Assembly: GCA_050250895.1 (NCBI GenBank)
Contig: JBFWNU010000003.1
Span: 714,109-778,108, forward strand
Reading direction: 5' to 3'
Length of the DNA: 64,000 nt
Source: Vulcanimicrobiota bacterium
GTDB lineage: Bacteria; Vulcanimicrobiota; Xenobia; Xenobiales; JADMJV01
Shown here: in pieces, positions 29,373 to 38,982 of the stretch
How positions within the stretch are numbered: the first letter of the stretch is position 1
How the letters are laid out: each line of letters opens with the position of its first letter
Position numbers and translations under genes: made by a program
The notes under the pieces: model-generated
Databases searched by the model: none
What the model was told of the DNA's origin: nothing
Seen by the model: the letters and a program-made list of their open reading frames with translations, nothing else

Positions 29373-30661
29373 TGAGCCGCGCGCAGGCCTTCCAGAGTGC
29401 GGTCGATGCGCGGATGGGCTTCTTTCCACTCGGAGTAGGACTGGTTGAAGTCAGGCGCCTGGTCGCGGGCGTAGGCCTCGAAAGAGACCAGGGTATGATA
29501 GCGCTCCAGATAGTCTTGGGCGCGCTGGTTGGCGGCCTGGCGCTCTTCAGGGGACCTGGCCGCGCTAGCCTCGCGGCGGGCTTTGCCCACGGCGCCCTTG
29601 AGGTCGGCCACGTCGCCATATTTCTTGACCACTTCGTCGACGTCTTTCTCGCCGCGGACGACGTTCTGGACGTCTTTGATGGTGTTCAAGATGGTGCGGT
29701 AGAAGCTGGGATTGTGTTTACCCTGCTCTTTGATGTCTTCACGCACGGTCTCGTCTTTGAGCAACTTGCCCTCTTCGCCGTTCTTGGCCCGGCGCATCAG
29801 GCTCGACAACACCATGGCCGTGGTGGTGCGTCCCTGGCCGGCGTGGCAGTTGAAGATCAGGGGCGCGTCGGGGTCGACGTCCTTGAGAGCTTTCACCAGT
29901 TCGTCGATGTCGCCGTCTTCGGGCTTTTTCATGTCGGTCACGGGCACCCGCTGGTATTTGACCTTGTAGCCTTCGGACTGGAGTTGTTCGTAGGCTTCGC
30001 CCACGGTCTGGACCGACTCGATCTTGACCTTGCGCTCGACCACTTTAGGCGGGCTGCCTTCTTCACCGTGCAACGTGATGAAGCCACCGTTCTTGGCCGC
30101 CTCGTCGAGGATGTCTTGCTTGAGTTGCTTTTCGAGGGCGTCCACCTCTTGAGCGCTGCGGCCCGGCGAGGCCTGGTTGTAGAAGGGAGCCTTGACGTGG
30201 CGCAGGTTGAAGGACTGGCCGTTGATGTAGACCACGGGTTCTTCGCGCAGGTTGGTCCAGACGGCGGTCTTGTCGCCGTCGGGGCCGGCTCCGGCTTGCT
30301 TGAGCACGTCGCGCATGCCTTGCAGGCTGGGTTGGCCGGTGCCGTGGATATTCTCGCCCAGTTCGCGATAGTTGGGAGCCCCTTCGATCCTGGGCTGACC
30401 GTTTTCTTGCAACCGATCGTGGTGCAGTCCGGGAAAGTGGTCGGCCTTGAGAAAGTTGTCGGGGCCCAGCACCTTGCCGTCGCGGCCTTCGACCGGGGTC
30501 ACGGCCGGGGCGTGGCTGGGAGCTGGAGCGGTCGAGAGCACGCGAACCAGCTTTTGCATCTGCCCCTGCCAGAGGGCGGGGGTCAGCTCGCGAGGGGCGT
30601 CGGCGCGCTGTTCGCGCGGCTTATAGATGAGAAAATTCTGGTTGGCTCCGGTAACTTCCAT
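29369..30661 (-). CDS. Paladin-like / PTP-like phytase-family phosphatase
   Basis: LKADHFPG, GAPNYR, WTNLREEPVVYING, YQRVPVTD and catalytic CX5R loop CHAGQGRTT. Confidence 0.88.
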   Translation of the reverse strand: MEVTGANQNFLIYKPREQRADAPRELTPALWQGQMQKLVRVLSTAPAPSHAPAVTPVEGRDGKVLGPDNFLKADHFPGLHHDRLQENGQPRIEGAPNYRELGENIHGTGQPSLQGMRDVLKQAGAGPDGDKTAVWTNLREEPVVYINGQSFNLRHVKAPFYNQASPGRSAQEVDALEKQLKQDILDEAAKNGGFITLHGEEGSPPKVVERKVKIESVQTVGEAYEQLQSEGYKVKYQRVPVTDMKKPEDGDIDELVKALKDVDPDAPLIFNCHAGQGRTTTAMVLSSLMRRAKNGEEGKLLKDETVREDIKEQGKHNPSFYRTILNTIKDVQNVVRGEKDVDEVVKKYGDVADLKGAVGKARREASAARSPEERQAANQRAQDYLERYHTLVSFEAYARDQAPDFNQSYSEWKEAHPRIDRTLEGLRAAQ

Positions 30662-30695
30662 AGGCAAGTATTCTACCGCAGGGTAGGGGTGAAGT

Positions 30696-32171
30696 CTATT
30701 GGGCTACGTCGAGTTCCGAGACGGCGCAGCGAATGGCCCCGCCCAGGCGGGTCGAAGCCAGGGCGGCCGAGATGTCGACCACTTCAAAGCCCTCGCGCTC
30801 ATAAAGCTGGCGAGCGTAGCTATCGGTGGCCTCGATGCCGTAGACGGGCATGTAGACACGTTTGGTCTGGCCGTAGTTTTCGAGCAGCACGTTCTGATAG
30901 GTCAAATAGGGGCTCGACAGGCTCTTGCCGGCCAGGTTGGGCACCCGCAGCACGCGATAGCCGGCCTGGCTCAGGCGCTCGGCGGCCGCGTCGTATTTCT
31001 CGGCCAGTCCCTTCTCGGCCGTCTGGCTGCGCATCAGGTCGAGCTCGCTGGTGTGATTGCCTTCGAGCAGAGTCAGGGCCAGGTTGGGATCGGCCACGGT
31101 GGCGGTGTGGTCGTCGAGAAAGCTGATGCCGAGGTCCAGATGAAAGTCGGGCTCGGGCGAGATGACGATGACCTGGCGGCCCATCTCGGCCTCGAAGCGG
31201 GCTACCACCTGTTCTTCGCTCTCGTGAAGACGCTTGGCGTTGTCGGCGATAGTAGCTCCGCTGATGAGCACGTGGCGGCCGTTGGCGATAATGTCACCGC
31301 CCTCGAAGTCGAGGCGCGAGCGGCGCACCTCGATGTCGGGGGCGCGGCTATGCAGGAAGGCTGGCGCGGCTCCGCTGGACTGGATGATGACCCGGTTGAG
31401 ATAAGCGTCGACCTGACCGTCATCGCGGAAAGAGTGGGGGAGGAGCAAGATTTCGTGGCCGTCGGCGGCCGTCAGCGTGAGCGAGCTGTCGCGCGACCAC
31501 ATGGAGAGTCCCTGGACCAGCTCTTGCGAGTTGGAGCGCAACGACAGCGAATGGATGCGGACCCGCCCTTCGGGCACCTCGAGGCGGTCGAGCAGGTCTT
31601 GCAGGTCGCGCACTCCGTCGGATTCGGCGATGACTTCGAAACGCACGCTCGGGTCGGTCTTGGTGAGCAGGTCACTGAACATGGCTTCGTGGGCCTGGCG
31701 GGCCCGCGGGTCGCGTTCAGCCGGCCACTGCAGGCGCAGGGCGCGCAGCTGGCCTCGAGTGTTGTCGAGCACCCGCAACGGGCCCAGGTCGCTGGTTCCC
31801 TCAGGAACCTGGAAAGCGAAGTGGGGCCGGACCGGGGTGGTATCTGGGTTGCGGGGGATGAACCAGCCCGAACCCTCTTCGGCGGTGCGCTGGTCCCAGT
31901 TCTGGCCGTGATGGTGCTGGAACTCCTGATGAAAGCCGGGCGGGCCAAAGCCGGCTGCCTGGGCCGGCGCGGCTGCGCCCAGGGCAGCCAGAGCCAGGCC
32001 GGCCGAGGCCAGGGCCACCCGCGACCAGTTGGTGGTGCGGGGGTGGGGCGCCTCGGCGACGAGGCTGAGCGTCACGCTGTCAAGAGTTGCCTCGGGTGGG
32101 CAGGCCGAAGGCTGGGGCGGCAGACGAAGCGGCCGCGCCGACGGCGAAGTGGGCGTGAACTGGACCCTCAT
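30696..32171 (-). CDS. Agmatine/peptidyl-arginine deiminase-family (pentein) protein
   Basis: WSRD, EGGD, HLD and C-terminal GAIRC motifs; hydrophobic segment after a Pro-rich N-terminus. Confidence 0.8.
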   Translation of the reverse strand: MRVQFTPTSPSARPLRLPPQPSACPPEATLDSVTLSLVAEAPHPRTTNWSRVALASAGLALAALGAAAPAQAAGFGPPGFHQEFQHHHGQNWDQRTAEEGSGWFIPRNPDTTPVRPHFAFQVPEGTSDLGPLRVLDNTRGQLRALRLQWPAERDPRARQAHEAMFSDLLTKTDPSVRFEVIAESDGVRDLQDLLDRLEVPEGRVRIHSLSLRSNSQELVQGLSMWSRDSSLTLTAADGHEILLLPHSFRDDGQVDAYLNRVIIQSSGAAPAFLHSRAPDIEVRRSRLDFEGGDIIANGRHVLISGATIADNAKRLHESEEQVVARFEAEMGRQVIVISPEPDFHLDLGISFLDDHTATVADPNLALTLLEGNHTSELDLMRSQTAEKGLAEKYDAAAERLSQAGYRVLRVPNLAGKSLSSPYLTYQNVLLENYGQTKRVYMPVYGIEATDSYARQLYEREGFEVVDISAALASTRLGGAIRCAVSELDVAQ

Positions 32172-32275
32172 GGGTCGAGTCTAGCCAGATCGGCCGGGAG
32201 AGAGGAGCTGAGGTTGTAAACTTCCCACCGACGAAAGTCACATCGCTTTCGTCAAACTTGCAGTAGGCTGGTGCT

Positions 32276-32701
32276 ATGAAGCGATGGGAAGTCCTGATGT
32301 TGATAGCCCTGGTGGCCGTGGTGGCCGGATTCCTTCGGCCTGGGCCGTCGAATCTGGTCAAGCTCGGCGATTTCGCGCTGGGAACGCCGCGCCCCGAGAT
32401 CGAGCAATCTCTAGCCGGACAGAATTGGTTCGGCTACGACGATAGGATCCTGTGCGAGCAGACGTTGCTCTTCGCCAACGGACATCTTTGCGCCGTCATC
32501 GGGACCGAACTCGAAGTGGGCGACTATACCCTCGAAGCGGGCGAGTACATCGGAGAGGTCGAGCGGATTCTCGGTTCCCCCCGAGCCCAAAAGCGCGACC
32601 ATGAGGGCCTGCTCGTGAGCTATGCCGAGGCCGATGTCTGGTTCGCTGATGGCAAGCACGCTACGGAGTTCCGCATCGGCAACTGGGCTCACTGGCCCTG
32701 A
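32276..32701 (+). CDS. Hypothetical membrane-anchored/exported protein
   Basis: N-terminal hydrophobic helix; TAGGCT -10-like hexamer 6 nt upstream. Confidence 0.65.
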   Translation: MKRWEVLMLIALVAVVAGFLRPGPSNLVKLGDFALGTPRPEIEQSLAGQNWFGYDDRILCEQTLLFANGHLCAVIGTELEVGDYTLEAGEYIGEVERILGSPRAQKRDHEGLLVSYAEADVWFADGKHATEFRIGNWAHWP

Positions 32702-33612
32702 CCCACTTCCACCTGGCGATCCAGGGACTGATCGGCGAACGAGCAGGGATCCTCCAGCGGCTCGAGATGGGTAAAGATGGTGCTTCCCTCGACCGCCTGG
32801 CGGATGTCCGACTCGATGCGCTCGAGCAACTGATGACCGCGCTGAACCGACCATTCTCCTGGTACTAGCACGTGAAACGAGATGAAACTGCGGGCTCCAG
32901 CCCGACGGGTGCGCACAGCGTGAAAATCGACCCCGTCGCGGTGGCGATAGCCGTCGAGAATAGCGGTCAGGCTCTCGCGGTCGATCGGGGGTAAGGAAGC
33001 GTCCAGCAATCCCTCGGCGGCTTTGCGCAGGAGGCCGACTCCGGTTCGCAAGACATTAAGGCCCACCAGGCAAGCCACCAGCGGATCCAGCCATTGCCAT
33101 CCGGTGAGCACCACCCCGCCCAGCGCCACCAGTACGCCCAGGGTGGTCCAGATATCGGTGGCCAGGTGATGGGCTTCGCCCTCGAGGGTGAGGGAGCGAT
33201 GAGCCTTGCCGGCCTTCCACAAGATATAGGCCGTCACCCCATTGAGGCCGGCGGCTCCGAGCGAAACCAGCAGCCCTTCGCTCAGGGCGGTCAGCTCTTG
33301 AGGATGCAGGGCGCGACTGGCAGCCGAACCCATGATGCCCAGCGAAGCAAACAGGATGACAGCCCCCTCGAAGCCTCCGGCAAAATACTCGATCTTGCCG
33401 TGCCCGTACTCGTGCTCTTCGTCGGGAGGCTGGGCGGCAAAGCGCAACGAGAAGAAGGCAACGGCCGCTGTGGCCAGATTGGCCAACGACTCGAGGGCGT
33501 CAGACAACAAACCGACCGAGCCGGTCAATTGCGACGCGAACGCCTTCAGGCCCAAAGTGAGCACGGCAACCACCAGCGACAGCAGGGCATATCGGCTCAA
33601 GTCTCGTTCCAC
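32689..33612 (-). CDS. Cation diffusion facilitator transporter (FieF-like)
   Basis: SVGLLSDALES, PPDEEHEYGHGKIE, HHLATDIW and C-terminal THLEP motifs. Confidence 0.93.
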   Translation of the reverse strand: MERDLSRYALLSLVVAVLTLGLKAFASQLTGSVGLLSDALESLANLATAAVAFFSLRFAAQPPDEEHEYGHGKIEYFAGGFEGAVILFASLGIMGSAASRALHPQELTALSEGLLVSLGAAGLNGVTAYILWKAGKAHRSLTLEGEAHHLATDIWTTLGVLVALGGVVLTGWQWLDPLVACLVGLNVLRTGVGLLRKAAEGLLDASLPPIDRESLTAILDGYRHRDGVDFHAVRTRRAGARSFISFHVLVPGEWSVQRGHQLLERIESDIRQAVEGSTIFTHLEPLEDPCSFADQSLDRQVEVGQGQ

Positions 33613-33684
33613 TCTTCAAGCTTCGTTCACAGGCATAGGCAACCTTCCCCAGGGGTCGTTGGTGGAAGGGCCGAAACTGGGCCG

Positions 33685-34728
33685 ATGCCTTTGCACAGCC
33701 AGCGTCTCGAGGCTGGCCCGGTCTCGAGCTTTTATCACTTCGGCCCCGGCTTGTTGGGTCGTCTCGAGCGTTTTGTCGAGCATCATTCCCGGCTGGTGGT
33801 GGTCAGCGATCGCAACGTCGCCGGCCTTTACCAGGCCAAGGTTTCAGTTCCGGCCGAATGGCTGGTGATCGAGCCCGGCGAGGCCAGTAAATCGCTCGAG
33901 CAAGCTCGCGAACTCTATCGCCAATTGGCCCAGCTCAAGGTCGATCGTTCGGCCGGCTTGCTGGCGGTAGGAGGCGGAGTGGTGGGGGACCTGGCTGGTT
34001 TCGTGGCGGCCACCTATCTGCGTGGCATTCCCTTCTATCAGGTGCCCACCAGCCTGTTGGCCATGGTCGACTCTTCCATCGGGGGCAAGGTCGGTGTCGA
34101 CCTGCCCGAGGCCAAGAACCTGGTGGGAGCCTTCTATGCCCCACGCTCGATTCTGGTCGACCCCCACTGCCTGGATACTCTTCCCCAGGAAGAGATCTCG
34201 GCCGGGATGGCCGAGGTGATCAAGCACGCCTTGCTTGATGGGGAAGAACATCTAGCTTCCATCGAGGCCCTCACCCCAGCCCAGCCCACCTGGGAGTTCG
34301 TCTATCCCAGCGCCCAGGTCAAGATGGGTGTGGTGGCCCGCGATCCCAAAGAGGCAGGGGAACGGGCCTATCTCAACCTGGGTCATACCCTGGCCCACGC
34401 CCTCGAGACGGTCTCGGATTATGGCCTCAGCCATGGGCAGGCTGTCTCTATCGGCCTGATTGCAGCGGTGCGCCTGGCCCGTCGCCTGGGACATCTCGAG
34501 GTCGATTACGAGCCACGATTGCTAACGTTGCTGGAGAGATGGCGCTTGCCCACCCGCCTGGAACGAGACTATGGCTGGCCGCAAGTGCTCGAAGTCATGG
34601 CCCGCGACAAGAAGAATCGCGACGGGCAGTTGACCTTCGTGCTGCCGCAGCGCCCGGGTCAGGTTGAAGTGGTACGGGGAGTCGACCCGGCCCGGGTCGA
34701 AGAGGTCTATCGAGGTCTTTGTTCGTGA
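33685..34728 (+). CDS. aroB: 3-dehydroquinate synthase
   Basis: GEASKS, GGGVVGDLAGFVAATYLRG, PTSLLAMVDSSIGGKVG and LNLGHT motifs. Confidence 0.96.
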   Translation: MPLHSQRLEAGPVSSFYHFGPGLLGRLERFVEHHSRLVVVSDRNVAGLYQAKVSVPAEWLVIEPGEASKSLEQARELYRQLAQLKVDRSAGLLAVGGGVVGDLAGFVAATYLRGIPFYQVPTSLLAMVDSSIGGKVGVDLPEAKNLVGAFYAPRSILVDPHCLDTLPQEEISAGMAEVIKHALLDGEEHLASIEALTPAQPTWEFVYPSAQVKMGVVARDPKEAGERAYLNLGHTLAHALETVSDYGLSHGQAVSIGLIAAVRLARRLGHLEVDYEPRLLTLLERWRLPTRLERDYGWPQVLEVMARDKKNRDGQLTFVLPQRPGQVEVVRGVDPARVEEVYRGLCS

Positions 34729-35144
34729 AAGCGCTGGTCATCAACGGTCCCAATCTGAATCTGCTCGGCAGCCGCGAACCCGAGGTCTATGGCCGGGTCG
34801 ATTACGCCGGTCTGGTGACGATGATCGAGACCTGGGCCGCTGAACTCGAACTCGAAGTCGAGTGTTTTCAGAGCAACTTCGAGGGCGAATTGCTCGACCG
34901 GCTGCAGGCTGGTGACTACGACTTCGCCGTGCTCAACCCGGGAGCTCTGACCCACACCTCGGTGGCCTTGCGCGATGCTATCTCGGCGGTGGCCAAGCCG
35001 GCCTACGAGGTGCATATTTCCAACCTCTACGCTCGCGAGACCTTTCGGCATCACTCCACCATCAGCCCGGTCTGCGTGGGGGTGCTCAGCGGCCTGGGAT
35101 TGCTCGGTTACAAGCTGGCCCTGACGGCGGGAGCCCAGCGGTGA
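34725..35144 (+). CDS. aroQ: Type II 3-dehydroquinate dehydratase
   Basis: INGPNLNLLGSREPEVYG, NPGALTHTSVALRDA and EVHISN motifs; GTGA overlap with aroB. Confidence 0.96.
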   Translation: MKALVINGPNLNLLGSREPEVYGRVDYAGLVTMIETWAAELELEVECFQSNFEGELLDRLQAGDYDFAVLNPGALTHTSVALRDAISAVAKPAYEVHISNLYARETFRHHSTISPVCVGVLSGLGLLGYKLALTAGAQR

Positions 35145-36025
35145 GTCTGGTCGGCTTCATCAACCTGCTCAAGCCGCCCTCGATGACCTCGGCCCAGGCC
35201 GTGGCATTCGTGCGGCGCCGTCTGCCCGGGCGGCTGAAAGTGGGTCATCTGGGTACGCTCGACCCCCCGGCGGTGGGCGTTCTGCCGCTGGCCGTGGGCG
35301 CGGCCACCCGCTTGATCCCTTTCTTGCCAGAGGCGCGCAAGGCGTATCGGGCCGAGGTCTTGCTGGGCTACACTTCGGACACCCTCGACCTGGCCGGTCA
35401 GGTGGTCTCGAGCGGGGTCACTCCCGATTTCGAACGGACCGCTATCGAGCGAGCCCTGGCGCCGTTTCGAGGCACCATCATGCAGACTCCCCCGCGGGTC
35501 AGCGCCATTCGGGTGGGAGGCCGCCGCAGCTATGATCGGGCTCGCCAGGGCGAGGATTTCGAGCTGGACGCTCGTCCCACCACCTACTATCAGGTCGAGT
35601 TAGTCGAGGCCGACGGCCCACGTCTGGTGCTCGATGTCGAGTGCGGGTCGGGCACCTATATTCGCTCGTTGGTGCGTGATTTGGGCGAGGCGCTGGGCTG
35701 CGGTGCGGTGCTGTCGTTTCTGATTCGAGTGCGCAGCGGACCCTTCTGGCTGGCCCGAGCGGTGACCCTGGAGGAGGTCCAGGAGGCGGCTCGCACCGAG
35801 ACGTGGGAACGTGTCCTACTGGCCTGCGATGAGGTGCTGTCAGAGTTGCCGCGCTGCCCTGACCCGGGTCAATCCTTTCAGAAAGGGCTCGAGTTGAGGA
35901 TCACTCCCCCCGAGGGGGTGGGTGAGGGAGACCTGGTGCTGGTGGGCGAGACCCTGGGCCGGCTGGTCCATCCCGACGGCCTGGTCAAGACTCTGGCCCG
36001 CGCTCCGAAAGGCTTACGATTATGA
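35141..36025 (+). CDS. truB: tRNA pseudouridine(55) synthase
   Basis: KVGHLGTLDP, SAIRVGGRRSY and CGSGTYIRSL motifs. Confidence 0.95.
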   Translation: MSLVGFINLLKPPSMTSAQAVAFVRRRLPGRLKVGHLGTLDPPAVGVLPLAVGAATRLIPFLPEARKAYRAEVLLGYTSDTLDLAGQVVSSGVTPDFERTAIERALAPFRGTIMQTPPRVSAIRVGGRRSYDRARQGEDFELDARPTTYYQVELVEADGPRLVLDVECGSGTYIRSLVRDLGEALGCGAVLSFLIRVRSGPFWLARAVTLEEVQEAARTETWERVLLACDEVLSELPRCPDPGQSFQKGLELRITPPEGVGEGDLVLVGETLGRLVHPDGLVKTLARAPKGLRL

Positions 36026-37308
36026 GCTTGCGTGCAGCCATGCTGTCTCCTCATCCGCCCTTGTTGATCCCCGAAATCGGACGGGAGCGAGCGGCCCAGG
36101 TGGCTGCCACCAGCCAGGCCCTCGAGGAATTGGCTGCTCGCGTGGCCAGGCTGGCCCCCCAACGACTGGTGGTGATCACGCCCCACGGCGAGGGGCACCC
36201 GCGCGCTTTGCGGCTCTACGCTGAGCCGGTGGTTCGGGGTGACTTTCGGCGTTTCGGAGCTCCCCAGGTAAGCTTCGAGATCGAGGTCGACCTCGATTTC
36301 ACCACCCGTCTGGCCAGGGTGGCCCGAGCCTCGGGGTTCGACTGTGTGACCGAGGGGGCCGCCCCCCTCGACCACGGGCTCATGGTCCCGCTCTATTTCT
36401 TGCGCCAGGCGGCCGTGCTCACGCCGGTGGTCATCATGTGCGTATCCGACCTGGCACCCCGCCAGCACTATGAGCTGGGGACCGTCCTGAGCGCCGTCAT
36501 CGAAGAAGACCCATCCTCCACCGTGGTGGTGGCCTCGGGAGACCTCAGTCACCGATTGATCGCGAGCGGACCCTATGGGTTTGACCCGGCCGGACCCGAG
36601 TATGACCGTCAGGTCTGTGAAGCGATCGCTCCCCTGCGTCGCCGCAAGTTGATGGACATTCCCGCCGGACTCGAGAACAAGGCTGGGGTCTGTGCCTCGC
36701 GTCCGCTGGGATTGATGCTGGGCATGGTGCCCGAAGGCTTCCGCTCGCGGCTGCTTTCCTACGAGGGACCTTTTGGGGTCGGCTATGCCGTGGTCGAACT
36801 GTCCCCCGAAGTCGAGCCTGTTCGCCTGGCCCGTCGGGCCATCGAAGATTGGGTCAGACATCAACGGATGCTGACTCCCGGGCAAGTTTTCGAGCCTATG
36901 CTCGAGCAGCCCTCGGCCGCCTTTGTGACCCTCAAGCGCGATGGCCAACTGCGGGGTTGCATCGGCACCCTCGAGCCGGTGGCTCGGCGGCTGGCCGACG
37001 AGATCGCCCGCAATGCCGTGGCCGCCTGCTCGCAAGACCATCGATTCTCTCCTCTGACCATCGCCGAACTCGAAGACCTGCAAGTCTCGGTCTCGGCCCT
37101 GCATCCGCCCGAGCCGACCGAGCCCGAGCACCTCGACCCGGCCCGCTACGGAGTGGTGGTCCGGCAGGGGCGCAAACGGGGACTGCTGCTGCCGGGTATC
37201 GAACAGATCCAGACGATCGACGAGCAGCTTTCGGCGGTGCGGCGCAAGGCCGGTATTCGCGGCCAGTTCGACGGACTGTGGCGATTCGAGGTGACGCGAT
37301 GGGATTGA
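36022..37308 (+). CDS. amrA: AmmeMemoRadiSam system protein A (LigB-like + AMMECR1 fusion)
   Basis: PHPPLLIPEIG, LDHG, ASGDLSH and YEGPFGVGY motifs; C-terminal FVTLK..LRGCIGT and GLLLP. Confidence 0.9.
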   Translation: MSLRAAMLSPHPPLLIPEIGRERAAQVAATSQALEELAARVARLAPQRLVVITPHGEGHPRALRLYAEPVVRGDFRRFGAPQVSFEIEVDLDFTTRLARVARASGFDCVTEGAAPLDHGLMVPLYFLRQAAVLTPVVIMCVSDLAPRQHYELGTVLSAVIEEDPSSTVVVASGDLSHRLIASGPYGFDPAGPEYDRQVCEAIAPLRRRKLMDIPAGLENKAGVCASRPLGLMLGMVPEGFRSRLLSYEGPFGVGYAVVELSPEVEPVRLARRAIEDWVRHQRMLTPGQVFEPMLEQPSAAFVTLKRDGQLRGCIGTLEPVARRLADEIARNAVAACSQDHRFSPLTIAELEDLQVSVSALHPPEPTEPEHLDPARYGVVVRQGRKRGLLLPGIEQIQTIDEQLSAVRRKAGIRGQFDGLWRFEVTRWD

Positions 37309-38876
37309 GGCTCAAAGGCCAACTATTGGCTCTCTTTGTCGTTCTCTTTTCCACCGCGCTGTTAATCCTTAGCTACTTCAACCTCAGCGTGCTGAGTCTC
37401 TCCAACACCCTTTCGGCCGAGGAAGGGGCCCGCTCCACTGCCTCCAAGGTGCTCCAGCAGGTCACCAGCCTGGTGCCCCTCGACAGCAGCCAGCCGGCCA
37501 TGGACCTTGCCACTCGCCACGAAGAGGTGGCCGCCGTGCTCGAGACAGAAGAGGTCAAGGCCCTCGAGGTGCTCGGTCCCGATGGCGGTCCTCTGATGAA
37601 GTTCGGGGTTAGCGGCGATGACCCCGAGGCCCGACGCGAGACCCTGCAAGAAGTAGCCCGCAATCGATTGCCCACCGACTATCTGGTGGCCTACGAAGCT
37701 TCGGGCGACTCAGAAGGGCATCGGATCGAGCGTCTCGTTTCGGGTGGCAATCGTCCCGTTAGCTTCGAACTCTACGCGCCTCTCACCGTGATCGGCGCGG
37801 GCTACGCAGGCCCGGCCGGCTTCGTCCACGTCTCGATCGAGATCCCGCGAGCCCCCTTGCGACTCAAGCTGGTGGCCATGATCAACCTGGTGCTGGCGGG
37901 CACCTTTTTGATCACCTCGGTGTTGGCCACCAATCTCTGGGGTGAGCACGCCATCAATCGGCCGCTGGAAGGCCTGGTGGAAGCCATGCATAACCACTTC
38001 CACGCTCAGCCCATGGGAGAGGAGTTGCACTCCAACAACGAGTTGGTCAACCTCTCGAAGACCTTCAACCGGATGGGTCTGGATCTGGTCAAATACCAGC
38101 GAGAACTCGAGGCCAAGACTCATCGCCTCGAGCAGGCCAACGAGCGCTACAAAGCCCTAAACGAGCAACTCGAGCACAAGGTCGAGGAAAAGACCCGCGA
38201 CATGAAGGAGTTCTTTTCGCTGGTCACCCACGACCTGCGCATTCCGCTGGCGGCCATCCAGGGCTATACCGACCTGCTCAAGCGCAAACAAGATCAGCTC
38301 GACGAGAAGCAGGTCAAGTTCGTCAAAAGCATCGGCGTGGCCAACAGCCATGCTCTCGAGCTGGTGCGGAACTTGCTCGAGGCGATGAAATACGAGTTCG
38401 GCGATCCTCAGATCGTCACCCAGCGCTTCGAACTCGACGAACTGGTGGACGAAGTGGTTTCGCAGCTCTCGGCCGAGGAGACGGGTCCCCGCATCGAGGT
38501 CGACCTCGAGGACGACCTGGTGGTCGATGCCGACCGCACTCGCATCAGCCGCGTGCTCACCAACCTAATCGGTAATGCCATGCGTCATTCGTCTTCGAGT
38601 GAACGGGTCGAGGTGCGAGCCCGGCGTCGCGGCGAGAAGGTAGAGCTAGCCGTGGCTGACGACGGTCCCGGCATTTCGGCCGAGCATCTGCCCCTGCTTT
38701 TCGAGAAGTTCAAGCAGTTCCCATCCGAGGCCGGTCCTTCCTCGGGCCTGGGTCTGGGACTTTACATCGTGGGCAAGATCGTGGAAGGCCACGGTTCTAG
38801 AGTCGAGGTCGAGAGCGAACTCGGCAAAGGCACCTGCTTCCGTTTCCTTCTCGACATCTATCAAGAACCCGGCTAG
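37299..38876 (+). CDS. Membrane sensor histidine kinase (HAMP-HisKA-HATPase)
   Basis: Two TM helices; THDLRIPL, NLIGNA, DDGPGI and GLGLGL boxes; ATG at 37299. Confidence 0.92.
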   Translation: MGLRLKGQLLALFVVLFSTALLILSYFNLSVLSLSNTLSAEEGARSTASKVLQQVTSLVPLDSSQPAMDLATRHEEVAAVLETEEVKALEVLGPDGGPLMKFGVSGDDPEARRETLQEVARNRLPTDYLVAYEASGDSEGHRIERLVSGGNRPVSFELYAPLTVIGAGYAGPAGFVHVSIEIPRAPLRLKLVAMINLVLAGTFLITSVLATNLWGEHAINRPLEGLVEAMHNHFHAQPMGEELHSNNELVNLSKTFNRMGLDLVKYQRELEAKTHRLEQANERYKALNEQLEHKVEEKTRDMKEFFSLVTHDLRIPLAAIQGYTDLLKRKQDQLDEKQVKFVKSIGVANSHALELVRNLLEAMKYEFGDPQIVTQRFELDELVDEVVSQLSAEETGPRIEVDLEDDLVVDADRTRISRVLTNLIGNAMRHSSSSERVEVRARRRGEKVELAVADDGPGISAEHLPLLFEKFKQFPSEAGPSSGLGLGLYIVGKIVEGHGSRVEVESELGKGTCFRFLLDIYQEPG

Positions 38877-38982
38877 CGGCTTTCCGAGGGGGCCGCAATG
38901 CGGGCCATCGGAGTTTAGGATTCTATTTGGGATTGTCGAGCCGGGAGGTGACGTGATGTTGGGACTGGCACGCAACCATCCA

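Noticed and set aside
32184-32225. Sigma-28 (FliA) promoters upstream of effector-like genes
   Set aside because: Only partial GCCGAT/CCGAT matches without a properly spaced TAAA; TANNNT sigma-70-type -10 boxes explain the sites better
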